The notes: generated by a model from the letters alone, not told the origin. DNA of 64,000 nucleotides from Candidatus Magasanikbacteria bacterium GW2011_GWA2_56_11 (GCA_001004885.1 LCRX01000011.1:2000-65999), one strand, 5' to 3'; counted from the stretch's first letter, positions 9,580 through 19,135 are shown. Translations and numbers: made by a program.

Positions 9580-9650
9580 CTCGGGGCCAGGGATTCGAAC
9601 CCCGATAGGCAGAGCCAGAATCTGCAGTCCTACCATTAGACGAGCCCCGA
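9580..9650 (-). tRNA. tRNA-Gln (anticodon CTG)
   Basis: Cloverleaf folded by hand: acceptor TCGGGGC/GCCCCGA, D-stem GTCT/GGAC, anticodon stem GCAGA/TCTGC with loop TTCTGGC, T-arm CGGGG-TTCGAAT-CCCTG; 71 nt. G37 is atypical. Confidence 0.75.
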
Positions 9651-9802
9651 TTGTATCCGCCGCAGTCCGCCCGTTTGTACAGCGCTTAACATTATTTTTA
9701 TTTTGGTGATAAGCGCTTTGCCTGCCTGCGTCCATACGGACTTAGGCGGCAGGCGGGGGTGGATTGCTTTGTCTTTGTGACCTCACCGTAAATTTTACGC
9801 CG

Positions 9803-10795
9803 CTACTGGTTGATAATATAGCTTTCCTCGAAATCCTTTAGAAATCTTTCGCTCACGACTTTTACGTCCTGCCAGCGCCAGCGGTGGCTCAGAAAAACTT
9901 CCTCATTGAGAATAGCGTGGCGGCCGCCGTTCTCGATCAGATAAACCGTAGGCGCGGTTTTCGTTTTTATTAGCGAATCGTTACCCAGCCGTTTTTCGTT
10001 GAGAACGGGCGAGTAGCCTTCCTTAACCTCGGTTCCGTCCGTGAAGCCGTCGCGATCCGTGTCTTTGTCCCAGAGCTTGGTGCCATAGGAGAGCTCCTCG
10101 GATTTGCTAAGACCGTCATTGTCGCCATCCGTAAACCGGGAGTCGCTGACAGCGGGCGAGGTGAAGACCGCTACCGGCTGCCCGGTGCTGGTCTTGCCCT
10201 CGGGCACAAAATCATGCAGGGCGCTGAGCATTGTAGCATAAGGGTAGCGATAGTCAAGTCCGCGGTTAATTCCCGGTTCGTTGGTGACAAATTCCTGGCG
10301 GTCGTCGTCGTAGCCTTTGATAACCACGGTGTGATAGTCCGGGCCGCCGTTTTTGAAGTAGGGGTTTTTGAGCGCTTTGCCGTGGACCAAGGCAATCACC
10401 GGGCGGCCTTTGTCCATTTCCGCCTTAATCTGGTCCAGGGTCGGCCGGCTCACTGAGTAGGCCTCCCAGGAGTAGAAATTATTGATGATTTCGGCGATCT
10501 GGGCCGCATTGGTGTCTTTGCTAAAGCCGAGTTTGGTGTCCTCAAGATAGATAACATGCTTGATGCGGTTGACGGCTTCGTTTTTTCCGATTGTTTTTTG
10601 CCGCCCGCCGCGGTAATAAGAATCCACCATGACGGTCGCCGCCTCTTCGCAGGCGTCTTCCCAGGGTTGTTTCCAGACTCCTTGCGGGGCCTGCGACGTG
10701 TAGGGTACGTCCAGGGTGTTCGCGGCCGCGGCCGCCGGCAAGGGAACTACGCCGGAGAGAAAGGCCGTGATCAGGGCCAGGGCTTGGTAAAACAT
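9803..10795 (-). CDS. secreted protein with C39-like peptidase domain and Asp-rich TSP3-like Ca-binding repeats
   Basis: N-terminal signal peptide; …HTVVIKGYDDD… papain/C39-like region; DGDNDGLSKSEE…DKDTDRDGFTDGTE repeats. Confidence 0.55.
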   Translation of the reverse strand: MFYQALALITAFLSGVVPLPAAAAANTLDVPYTSQAPQGVWKQPWEDACEEAATVMVDSYYRGGRQKTIGKNEAVNRIKHVIYLEDTKLGFSKDTNAAQIAEIINNFYSWEAYSVSRPTLDQIKAEMDKGRPVIALVHGKALKNPYFKNGGPDYHTVVIKGYDDDRQEFVTNEPGINRGLDYRYPYATMLSALHDFVPEGKTSTGQPVAVFTSPAVSDSRFTDGDNDGLSKSEELSYGTKLWDKDTDRDGFTDGTEVKEGYSPVLNEKRLGNDSLIKTKTAPTVYLIENGGRHAILNEEVFLSHRWRWQDVKVVSERFLKDFEESYIINQ

Positions 10796-10807
10796 AGGTT
10801 TTGCGAG

Positions 10808-12385
10808 TTAATGGATGACTTCGCCGCCCAGAGCCGCCGCCAGATTTTGCAGGTCGCCACCGGCCGCGGGCTCCGCGGGCAAAGCCGACAGCGTAACCTC
10901 GAGACTAAGTCGGCTGCCCAGTATATTTTGGAGGATCGATTCCAGCGTTTGGCGGTTGGCCGGCTGCGTCAATTTTTCGTGGTGAAACGAGTGGGCTACG
11001 CGGACAGTAACCGCTCCGTGTTTGGCCTCGCAGAGCTCGGCCGATTTGAGCAAAAAAAGCAGGGACGGCGATGATGTCTCCAGTTCAGCCAAGAATTTCG
11101 GCCAGGCGGCCTGGACTTCTTCTAATGTAACTTGACGGTGGTGGACCAGATCCTTTACACGCGTCGCGAGCGTTCGTTTGGCCGGCGTTTCCGGTTCGGC
11201 GGTTGCCGCCTGTGCCTCGGCTGTCTTGGCCGGAACCGGGTGCTCCGGGGCGGGAGAGGCTTTCGTCTCCCGACTCGCGCCGGGAGACGGCTCGTCCGCG
11301 CGCGCGGCCCATTCGATAAGCAACAGTTCAAGCGGCAGCTCCGGTACGGGCGAGGAGGGTACCTCCAGGGCTCGCGCCAGGGCGCGGTCAATCAGACGCA
11401 CCGTTTCGGCCGGCCGGAGGCGGCGGGCAATCTGGCTGAGTTCATCCGCCAGCTCGCCGCTCACGTCCATTTCTTCTTCGGCCAGCTTCGGGTCGGCCTG
11501 GTAGACCAGCACCAGGCGCAGTAGCTCGACGACATCCTTTCCGAATTGCGTAAAAAAAATGCCGGTCGAAGCCAATTCGTGCAATACCCTAAGGCCGTCA
11601 GGCACGTCCGACCCAGTGAGCGCGCGCACGTAGCGCATTTGGTCTTCGAGGTTGGTGGCCGGAATAACCAGGGCCGCGTCATCCAGGGTCAGGTGTTCGC
11701 GACCGAGAGCATTGAGCTGGTCAAACAGGCTGACCGCGTCGCGGACGCAGCCTTCGCTTTTTTTGACAATGCGCGCGAGCACCGCTTCGTCCGCCCGTAC
11801 GCCCTCTGCTTCCGCCAGGGTTTTTATATATTTAATCAGAATCTTGGCCGGGACCTTCTTGAAGGTAAAGCGCTGGCAGCGCGAAACAATAGTCGCGGGC
11901 ACCTTGTAAAGCTCCGTGGTCGCCAGGACGAACACCACGTGCGGCGGCGGCTCTTCGAGCGTTTTTAGAAGCGCGTTGAAAGCCGCGGTCGAGAGCATGT
12001 GCGCCTCGTCGATGATGAATACTTTATAGCGGGCTTTCGTGGGCTTGAACTGGACGTTTTCGATGATGTTTTGCCGGACATTCTCTACGCCGGTGTGGCT
12101 GGCGGCGTCAATTTCTATCACGTCGATGGCGCGCGAGGCGCTGATTTCGGCGCAGGCGGGACATTCGTTGCAGGGTTCGGCGCTGTCCGCGGCGCGGCGT
12201 TCGCAATTGAGCGCTTTGGCCAGTACCCGCGCGGTCGTGGTTTTGCCGACCCCTCTCGGACCGGAGAATAGATAAGCGTGAGCCGCGCGGTCCAGCTTTA
12301 GCTGGTTGGTAAGCGTAGTTACCACGTGCTCCTGGGCAATGATCGTGGCGAAAAGCTGCGGCCGGTGTTTGTGGTAGAGTGCCAT
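10808..12385 (-). CDS. dnaX: DNA polymerase III subunit gamma/tau
   Basis: AAA+ Walker A GPRGVGKTT, zinc module CxxC…CxxC, sensor motifs; 525 aa. Confidence 0.9.
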   Translation of the reverse strand: MALYHKHRPQLFATIIAQEHVVTTLTNQLKLDRAAHAYLFSGPRGVGKTTTARVLAKALNCERRAADSAEPCNECPACAEISASRAIDVIEIDAASHTGVENVRQNIIENVQFKPTKARYKVFIIDEAHMLSTAAFNALLKTLEEPPPHVVFVLATTELYKVPATIVSRCQRFTFKKVPAKILIKYIKTLAEAEGVRADEAVLARIVKKSEGCVRDAVSLFDQLNALGREHLTLDDAALVIPATNLEDQMRYVRALTGSDVPDGLRVLHELASTGIFFTQFGKDVVELLRLVLVYQADPKLAEEEMDVSGELADELSQIARRLRPAETVRLIDRALARALEVPSSPVPELPLELLLIEWAARADEPSPGASRETKASPAPEHPVPAKTAEAQAATAEPETPAKRTLATRVKDLVHHRQVTLEEVQAAWPKFLAELETSSPSLLFLLKSAELCEAKHGAVTVRVAHSFHHEKLTQPANRQTLESILQNILGSRLSLEVTLSALPAEPAAGGDLQNLAAALGGEVIH

Positions 12386-12394
12386 AAAGCGTAG

Positions 12395-12423
12395 TTGACA
12401 GTGATTAGTATACCGTATATTCT
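12395..12423 (+). promoter_or_regulatory. consensus sigma70-type promoter (TTGACA-17-TATTCT) driving the SWIB gene
   Basis: Hexamers and 17-nt spacer read directly; 118 nt upstream of the 12541 start. Confidence 0.4.
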
Positions 12424-12540
12424 ACGGGCGGTAAACACAGGGCTTTTGGGCGGCGCGAGTGCCGACTATTGCCTTGAGGGCGTGGCTGTGCTATACTGTG
12501 GATAACCGTTAAGTTAATTTACTTACTCTAATCTAGTGCT

Positions 12541-12801
12541 ATGCCTAGAAAAGCCAATCCGGCGCTTTTGAAGCCGCTCAAGGTTTCGGGGGAGCTCGCG
12601 GCAGTTATCGGTCCCGGGCCGATGGCGCGCGGACAAGTGATGAAAAAAATTTGGGAATACATCAAGGCGCGTAATTTGCAGAATCCCAGCAACAAGCGCA
12701 ACATCCTGGCGGATGAAAAGCTTAAGCCGCTTTTCGCAGGCAAAGCAGAGGTCTCGATGTTCGAGATGACCAAGCTCATCTCCAAACACTTGTCCGATTA
12801 A
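12541..12801 (+). CDS. SWIB/MDM2 domain protein
   Basis: 86 aa; …LKPLFAGKAEVSMFEMTKLISKHL… matches the SWIB fold consensus. Confidence 0.8.
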   Translation: MPRKANPALLKPLKVSGELAAVIGPGPMARGQVMKKIWEYIKARNLQNPSNKRNILADEKLKPLFAGKAEVSMFEMTKLISKHLSD

Positions 12802-12880
12802 GCGGCCGCAAATAGACCAAGCAATCAAACATCCCGACTCAGTCGGGATGTTTTTAATCCGGGTTTTGGTTGCCAGCGCC

Positions 12881-13561
12881 TTAATTGCCGATAATATTTT
12901 CTACCGCGCCCCAATCGCTCGCTCCGTTTTCCGGTACGAGTAGTACGATCTGGTCGCCGGATTTGCCCTGGTAGAAGCTCACCGAGGCGGTAAGCACTTT
13001 ATAGCGGCGGCTGCCGACGGCGGCGAACCAGCGGCGGGTGTCCGGATTTTGTTCCAGGATCCCGATAACGCGGGCGCGGGCGGCCGGGCCGATTTGTTTA
13101 TAAATAAACGAACCGGAGCTGGTAATCGTGAGCTTCATAATGTCGCCCTCTACCAGCTTGGATTTGCTGGCGTAATTGGGCGGGACATGGTACTCCTGCC
13201 CGTCCGGACCGACCATTTTTTCGCCGTTGAATACTCCCTCGATGACACGCTCGCCGCCGGCCGCGGCCGTTTCGTGATAATCCGGCGCGCGGCTCGGGGC
13301 GGGGCTGCCGCCGTCTAAGAGTCGCAGCAGGGCGTCTATTTGGTCTTTTAGCGCGTACAGGCCGCGGCGAATAGCCTCTTGTTGGGGCGGAGCAGCCGGC
13401 ATATCGTCGGCGAATAGATCGCTCAGACCGGCAACCGGCAGGGACGGTAAGTCCGAGTCGGGGGGCGCCGCGGCAACCGCGCGGTCGGTTCGCTTGGAGT
13501 CCGGTTGATGGCCTTTGAATTGTTCCTCTTTATCCTGGAGGAGCGTGGCGAGGGCATCCAT
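12881..13561 (-). CDS. hypothetical protein (226 aa), last gene of the VirB4-like cluster
   Basis: Pro/Ala-rich linker followed by a beta-rich C-terminal domain; no family assigned. Confidence 0.55.
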   Translation of the reverse strand: MDALATLLQDKEEQFKGHQPDSKRTDRAVAAAPPDSDLPSLPVAGLSDLFADDMPAAPPQQEAIRRGLYALKDQIDALLRLLDGGSPAPSRAPDYHETAAAGGERVIEGVFNGEKMVGPDGQEYHVPPNYASKSKLVEGDIMKLTITSSGSFIYKQIGPAARARVIGILEQNPDTRRWFAAVGSRRYKVLTASVSFYQGKSGDQIVLLVPENGASDWGAVENIIGN

Positions 13562-13595
13562 ATGTATGGCGGGAAATTATTTTTGGGAGTAGGTT

Positions 13596-14327
13596 CTAGG
13601 CTGGTACGTCGGATATGGCTTCATCGGTCCGGGCATGCTCCTCGATATGGAATTTTTTATCAACCATAATTTTTATGGCGATGAATATGGCCATGAATAC
13701 CGAGTGTAAAATTGATTTCAAAAAAGGCGGTTGGCCGCTCAGGAGCAGAGTGAGGCTGAATCCCGCCAGTCCGACGGTGGTAACGCCGATCAAAATCGTA
13801 AAGTGCAGAATAATAATCCGTTTGTAGGGCGCGAACATCAGGGAGATAAAATCCCGGCGCTTGTACTCGCCGCCCTCGATAAAATTTTGCTGGTATGACA
13901 GGCCGTGGCTCACGAGAAAACCTACCGCCACTGCCAGCAATCCCAGCCGGTCGGCCCAGGAATTACTCTCCATGGCCAGCGCGCCAATTAGCGCGGGCAG
14001 AGCTTGAAAGAGGAAAAACCAGTAGACAAACAGGAATCCGCTGAAATGCAGGATAAAGAAAGCGGTGGCGAACACTCGCGTCTGGGTAGCGCGCGCCGGC
14101 ACCGAGTCCGGCCGGCCAGCGCCGTTTTCCGACGGCAAGTCGGGAACAGCCTCGGCGCGCAGCATCTTCAAGACCGTGTAAAATCCGATTACCGCGGTCT
14201 CCCACCAGTAGGCGTAGAGGAGTGCCAGTACGTTCCAGCGCAGGAGAACCACTCCCAAGAGGGGTATAAGATTGGCGTATACCAGTGTCCGCGCACTTTT
14301 TAAACGGCGAGTTCCGGCTGGAGTCAC
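13596..14327 (-). CDS. polytopic membrane protein (243 aa, ~6-7 TM)
   Basis: Multiple hydrophobic helices; lies immediately downstream of the VirB4-like ATPase. Confidence 0.6.
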   Translation of the reverse strand: MTPAGTRRLKSARTLVYANLIPLLGVVLLRWNVLALLYAYWWETAVIGFYTVLKMLRAEAVPDLPSENGAGRPDSVPARATQTRVFATAFFILHFSGFLFVYWFFLFQALPALIGALAMESNSWADRLGLLAVAVGFLVSHGLSYQQNFIEGGEYKRRDFISLMFAPYKRIIILHFTILIGVTTVGLAGFSLTLLLSGQPPFLKSILHSVFMAIFIAIKIMVDKKFHIEEHARTDEAISDVPA

Positions 14328-14348
14328 ACGGCGGCAGTGATAAGTAAA

Positions 14349-16814
14349 TTACAGTGTTGCCTCGATCATGTCTGTTTTGCTGTTCTGTTCGCCGCCTCCC
14401 AGCCGGGTTCGTTCCATGATCTCGGCTTCCACGATCCGGCGGTCGCGTCCGTACTTGAGGCGCGAGAGCTGCTTGATAGCGCTTCCCAGGGGTTTGTTAC
14501 CCTTTTCCGGGGGGTAGGTAAGCATGCTGAACGGTTTGGACGCTTCGTTGTCTATCAGCAGCTTGACGTAATAGGAATATTGCGGCGGGTTAAGGAGGTC
14601 GTAGGCGCCGAAAGTGGGGGCGAACTCCTTGGAGAGAATGTCGGCGTCATCCGGGCCGATGCGTCCGGTGCAGAAGGTGCCGACGTTGCCGAGGACCGCG
14701 TCGCGGATTGCGGAGCGGCCTTTGTCGTCCGTGAGCTGCCCCATGTATTGGTCCTTGCGCGTCGCCTCGTCCGAGTCGGCCCGTCCCATGGCGGCCATTT
14801 GAAGTTTGGCCACAATAATCAGTCCCAGAAGTTTGGCATTCACTTCGCCGGTCGTGCCCTTGGCCAGATTGACCAGGAGGATTTTTTCCTGGTCCATCAC
14901 CTCGCGGAAGTCAAAGCCGGATTTTTGCTGGCCCATGATGTTTCGCATCATTTCGTTTTCCACGAAACGGCCGACCTTGGAGATAAGATAGCCGAGCATC
15001 TCCGATTTGTGAAAGTCGCTCGTTTTGGCCATTTCTTTTTCCCAAAAGGCGCGCACGATCGGGTCTTTCAATTTTTTAAGGTAAATTTTTACGTAGTTGT
15101 CGTCCGTGAACATGCGCGGAATATCAATGACCGTGCCGGCGTCATTGATATCCGCCATGAGGGTGAGCATGACATTGCGCATGTTGTGCTCGAACATTGG
15201 GCCGATCATTTCCGGCGGAAAGAGCTTGTAAAAAATAGCGATCATTTCTTGCACCGCGAAATCTTTCTGGTCGTCCGTTTTGGTTTCGAGCATATTAAGC
15301 CCTATCGGCCGCTCGAGGTCCGACGGATTGAAGATGATTACGTCGTCGGCGCGATTTTTGGGCACGTGCTGCAGCACATCTTCGACCAGGTCGCCGTGCG
15401 GGTCCACAATGCAGACACCCTTGCCGTTTTTGATATCCTGCCGCGCCAGATTGGAGATGAGAACCGATTTTCCGGTACCGGATTTGCCGATAATATAAAG
15501 GTGCCGCCGGCGGTCGGCGTCTTTCATGTAAACCGGCGTGTCCGCGCCGCGGTAGGGCACATGGCCGAGCAGCAACCCGACTTTGGGCAGATTGGGCGGC
15601 GGCGGCGCGCGGCGGCCCGTGAGCCACCGGATGTTGGGCGCTTCGGTGGAGTGCAGCGGCAGATGCCAGAGGCTGGCCATTTCTTCGGTATTAACTACGA
15701 AGCCGCGGCTTTCGTGGAACGAACGGTAGATAAAATCCCGGATGACCGATTGCTGGGTGCGCGGCACGAGCGCGGAAAATTCATTGCCGTAGCGGTAGAG
15801 ATTGTACTGGCTGAAAGAATGGATGATATTGTCCAAGTTTTGCCGCGCCAGCTCCGCGTCCGCGGACACGCTGATCAGGCGCAGGGTTACTTGCAGCCCG
15901 CCTTTGGAGAGCTTTTCTTCGATGCCTTTCAACATTTCGTCTTCCATGGCCGAGAGCTGGTAGGCCGGTTTTTCGTTTTGCTTGGTCGGACTCAATTGTT
16001 CGCCTACGCCGCGCGCGACGAGGCCAAAGGCGTGCCAGAAGCGGTTTTTGTGGATGACGTTCTCGAATTTTTTCCCCTGGCGCACCTCGCGCACTATCCG
16101 CACGCCTTTGCGCCGCCACCGTTTAGGCGCTGGACGGGTGACGATTTGCACCGCGGCCGAACTGTCGGCTTCGTGAATTTTGGACAAGACGTTGAGGATG
16201 GACGACAGCGGGTCGGAGTCCATTTTTTTGTAAGTGCGAAAGGGGAGAACCGTAGTTTGCTTATTGGTCAGATAGGCGCCGACAATCTTGCTTTCGGGCG
16301 TAAAAATATTGTAATCGGTCATTTCCTCGATATGGGCATACGGGTATTGGGCGTTGATTTGCTGTTCGATAAACGCGCGGAGCTTGTGCGGCACCGCCAC
16401 GTAAAAATAGATCAAGTTTTTTTCCACGACGATTTCAAAAGCCAAATGATCGTTGCGCCCGCGCAGCCAGCTGAGAAAGCCCTGGTGCTGCTTGAGTCCG
16501 GCCACTGTCGAGAAGAGGGTTTCGGTGATGCCAATTTCTTCCTTGATTTGTTCCAGCCTGTCCTCGGCCGCCCCCTGGTTGGTGCCTTCGGAACGTTTTT
16601 CTTTCGGGACCTGGATTTGCAGTACCATCCGGTCGAACGCGTGCCGGGCTTTGTAGAGCGTGCGGGTGATGCTGCGGATCAGAAAGAGCGCGCCGGCGAC
16701 CAGGAGTATGCCCGACAGGAGGAGGATAACAGTCAAAAAATATTCTTCATTTGATAAATTGGTTGCCGGAGGCAGAGAGGCGGCGGCGAACTGGAGCATA
16801 GAGCGTGATTTCAA
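14349..16814 (-). CDS. membrane-anchored VirB4/TraC/TrbE-family (DUF87/HerA-FtsK-like) secretion ATPase
   Basis: 821 aa; N-terminal TM helix; Walker A GKSGTGKS; hydrophobic Walker-B-like stretch. This architecture is frequent in CPR T4SS/pilus-like loci. The antisense 805-aa ORF is a shadow. Confidence 0.7.
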   Translation of the reverse strand: MKSRSMLQFAAASLPPATNLSNEEYFLTVILLLSGILLVAGALFLIRSITRTLYKARHAFDRMVLQIQVPKEKRSEGTNQGAAEDRLEQIKEEIGITETLFSTVAGLKQHQGFLSWLRGRNDHLAFEIVVEKNLIYFYVAVPHKLRAFIEQQINAQYPYAHIEEMTDYNIFTPESKIVGAYLTNKQTTVLPFRTYKKMDSDPLSSILNVLSKIHEADSSAAVQIVTRPAPKRWRRKGVRIVREVRQGKKFENVIHKNRFWHAFGLVARGVGEQLSPTKQNEKPAYQLSAMEDEMLKGIEEKLSKGGLQVTLRLISVSADAELARQNLDNIIHSFSQYNLYRYGNEFSALVPRTQQSVIRDFIYRSFHESRGFVVNTEEMASLWHLPLHSTEAPNIRWLTGRRAPPPPNLPKVGLLLGHVPYRGADTPVYMKDADRRRHLYIIGKSGTGKSVLISNLARQDIKNGKGVCIVDPHGDLVEDVLQHVPKNRADDVIIFNPSDLERPIGLNMLETKTDDQKDFAVQEMIAIFYKLFPPEMIGPMFEHNMRNVMLTLMADINDAGTVIDIPRMFTDDNYVKIYLKKLKDPIVRAFWEKEMAKTSDFHKSEMLGYLISKVGRFVENEMMRNIMGQQKSGFDFREVMDQEKILLVNLAKGTTGEVNAKLLGLIIVAKLQMAAMGRADSDEATRKDQYMGQLTDDKGRSAIRDAVLGNVGTFCTGRIGPDDADILSKEFAPTFGAYDLLNPPQYSYYVKLLIDNEASKPFSMLTYPPEKGNKPLGSAIKQLSRLKYGRDRRIVEAEIMERTRLGGGEQNSKTDMIEATL

Positions 16815-17416
16815 TTTTTTGACTTTCGCTTGAGCGCCATTATTTGGTCGGCCTTTATCTTCGCCTCCTGCTCCAGAAAAAGCCGGTTGACCCCGGGCAG
16901 TATCCGCAGCCAGCTGACGAGCAGTTTAAAAATTTTTTTGATTTTAACGTGGGCCTGTTTGAGCAGAGCCCGGATCTCCCAGGCTGTCTGTTCTCCCTTT
17001 ATCTTGAATTCCTGCTGTTGAACAGGCGTGAGTACCCGGTAGGCGTCGGCCAGGCCGGCCTCCATGATATTTTCAATTTGCACTGTCAGCTCGTCGCGCA
17101 CAGCCGGGATGGCGGTCGGCTTGTTTTTCCGGCCGCGCAAACTTTGGCGCAGCCGGTTAATAGCCTCGTCCAAAAAATTATCCTTGCCGTCGGGCGGCTG
17201 GTCTGCCTGGCGTTTTTCCGATTGTTCGCCGTCGATCTGAGCCGCGGTTTCCGGCTGTGCCTCGGAGACCGGAGTTTTTTCCGGTCGGCGGTCGGCCGCG
17301 GCCGGTTCTGGGGCCGGATCGGGCGGCGTTTCGCGTGCGGCGTTCCCCAAGACCACGGGCGCTTCGGGCGGGGGCAGCGACCGTTCGGTGGACGGTAAAA
17401 AGGATGGCAAAGCCAT
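16811..17416 (-). CDS. hypothetical protein with Pro/Glu-rich N-terminus (201 aa)
   Basis: 4-nt overlap with the ATPase gene (operon); low-complexity N-terminal half; conserved-looking C-terminal helical domain. Confidence 0.5.
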   Translation of the reverse strand: MALPSFLPSTERSLPPPEAPVVLGNAARETPPDPAPEPAAADRRPEKTPVSEAQPETAAQIDGEQSEKRQADQPPDGKDNFLDEAINRLRQSLRGRKNKPTAIPAVRDELTVQIENIMEAGLADAYRVLTPVQQQEFKIKGEQTAWEIRALLKQAHVKIKKIFKLLVSWLRILPGVNRLFLEQEAKIKADQIMALKRKSKN

Positions 17417-17551
17417 ATAAAGCGTGTGTCGGGGGACCGCTAGAGGGCGGACGCAGGATTACGCAGAGTAGTATAGCAAAAAAAACTAAAATCCGGAATT
17501 GTTTCTGCTTGGCCGAAACCTATGACTTTGAATTCAGCCGCCGCGGTCGGG

Positions 17552-18940
17552 CTATTTAGCCTTTCGGACGGCTTGTCCTTCGCTGCCGTCCTCGACCAGA
17601 TAGCCGCTCGCGGCTATTTCGGCGCGCAGGCGGTCGCTTTCGTCCCAGTTTTTCCGGGCGCGGGCCGCGGCGCGCTGGTCGAGCAGCTTTTGCACCTCGG
17701 AGGGAATTATGGCCGGAGCTTCTTCTGGCTGGTGCAGGTCAAGGCCGAGCACCTTGTCGAAAGTAATGACAGTATTGAGAGTAATTTGTTTTTCTTTGAG
17801 CGCGCTCCAAAGGAGCGCCAGGGCCGCCGGCGTATTTAGATCGTCGTTCAGGGCGTCGAGCCAGTCGCGTTTTAGACTGGGGGGAGTCAGACTGTCGCGA
17901 GGGATGCGGCGCACTTCTCGGCGCAGGTTTTCGAGCCCGGTTTGCGCCGCCCTGAGCGCCTCCCAGCTAAAGCCGAGCTGTTTGCGGTAATGGGCTTGCA
18001 GCAGGAAATAGCGGTAACTGAGCGGGGAGAAGCCTTTTTCCTCGAGCGTGGCGAGCGTAATGAAGTTTTCTCCGGACTTGGCCATTTTGGTTTCGGCAAT
18101 ATTCAGAAATTCTCCGTGCAGCCAATAGCGCACCCATGGCTTGAGTCCGGTCGCCGCCTCGCTCTGGGCAATCTCGTTGGTGTGGTGCACCGCTATGTGG
18201 TCAACGCCGCCGCAGTGGATATCGAACTGCTCGCCTAGGTATTTCATGCTCATGGCCGAACATTCTATGTGCCAGCCAGGGAAGCCGGGGCGGCCGAAGG
18301 CCAGCCACTCCATCTGTCGTTTTTCTCCGGCCGGAGTGAATTTCCAGAGGGCAAAATCATGCAGGCGGCGTTTTTGCCCCATTTCCACGCGCGCGCCGGC
18401 TTTCAGGGATTGTTTTTGAAGCTGGGCCAGTTGGCCGTAACCGGGATCTTTGGCGGTATCGAAATAAATTCCGTCTTCGGTGGTATAGGTGTACCCTTTG
18501 TCAATAAGCGTCTGTACCAGGGCGATCTGCTCGGGTATGTGCTCGGTGGCGCGGCACCAGATATTGGGTTCTATGATATTGAGTTTTGCGATATCGCGCT
18601 GAAAAGCGAGGGTATAATACTCGGCGATATCCCAAGCCGATTTGCCTTCGCGCCGGGCGCCGGTTTCAATTTTGTCTTCGCCCGAGTCAGCGTCGTCGGT
18701 GAGATGCCCGACATCGGTAATATTCATGACATGCAGCACGTCGAGACCGTTGTGGCGCAGGGTTCTCTTTAGGACGTCTTCGAACACGTACGTGCGCAAA
18801 TTGCCGATATGCGCGTAATTGTACACGGTCGGCCCGCAGGTGTAGAGGCCGACATGGGAACCAGCCAGCGGCCGCAGGTCTTCAAGCGCGCGGGTGAGAG
18901 TATTGAAGAGTTTGAGCATAAGCAATAGTAAAAGCGCCAA
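17552..18940 (-). CDS. cysS: cysteine--tRNA ligase
   Basis: HIGN (HIGH-type) motif, KMAKS, and the zinc-site WHIECSAM…HHTNEIAQSEA region characteristic of CysRS. Confidence 0.9.
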   Translation of the reverse strand: MALLLLLMLKLFNTLTRALEDLRPLAGSHVGLYTCGPTVYNYAHIGNLRTYVFEDVLKRTLRHNGLDVLHVMNITDVGHLTDDADSGEDKIETGARREGKSAWDIAEYYTLAFQRDIAKLNIIEPNIWCRATEHIPEQIALVQTLIDKGYTYTTEDGIYFDTAKDPGYGQLAQLQKQSLKAGARVEMGQKRRLHDFALWKFTPAGEKRQMEWLAFGRPGFPGWHIECSAMSMKYLGEQFDIHCGGVDHIAVHHTNEIAQSEAATGLKPWVRYWLHGEFLNIAETKMAKSGENFITLATLEEKGFSPLSYRYFLLQAHYRKQLGFSWEALRAAQTGLENLRREVRRIPRDSLTPPSLKRDWLDALNDDLNTPAALALLWSALKEKQITLNTVITFDKVLGLDLHQPEEAPAIIPSEVQKLLDQRAAARARKNWDESDRLRAEIAASGYLVEDGSEGQAVRKAK

Positions 18941-18970
18941 TTGGGCGTCCCCTCCGCCAAACTATAATGG

Positions 18971-19135
18971 ACTCACAGCGAGCCCCCCCCCTTTTTCGCC
19001 GAAACATAGACTGATTTTCGCGGCCCCAAAACTCGCTCTTACAGGCTCAGACATTGGTGCCGTAAAAATCAGTCTCTGTTTCGGCTCAAGTTAGAGAATA
19101 GAATTGCTAATAACTCACTACCAGTCCAATTCAAT
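18971..19135 (-). repeat. MITE-like repeat family 1, copy 3 (inverted orientation)
   Basis: The reverse complement aligns end-to-end with copies 1, 2 and 4. Confidence 0.8.

Noticed and set aside
14337-16754. 805-aa plus-strand ORF
   Set aside because: Exact antisense shadow of the VirB4-like ATPase gene; translation is low-complexity with no motifs, whereas the minus strand has a Walker A and a TM anchor. High GC suppresses stop codons.
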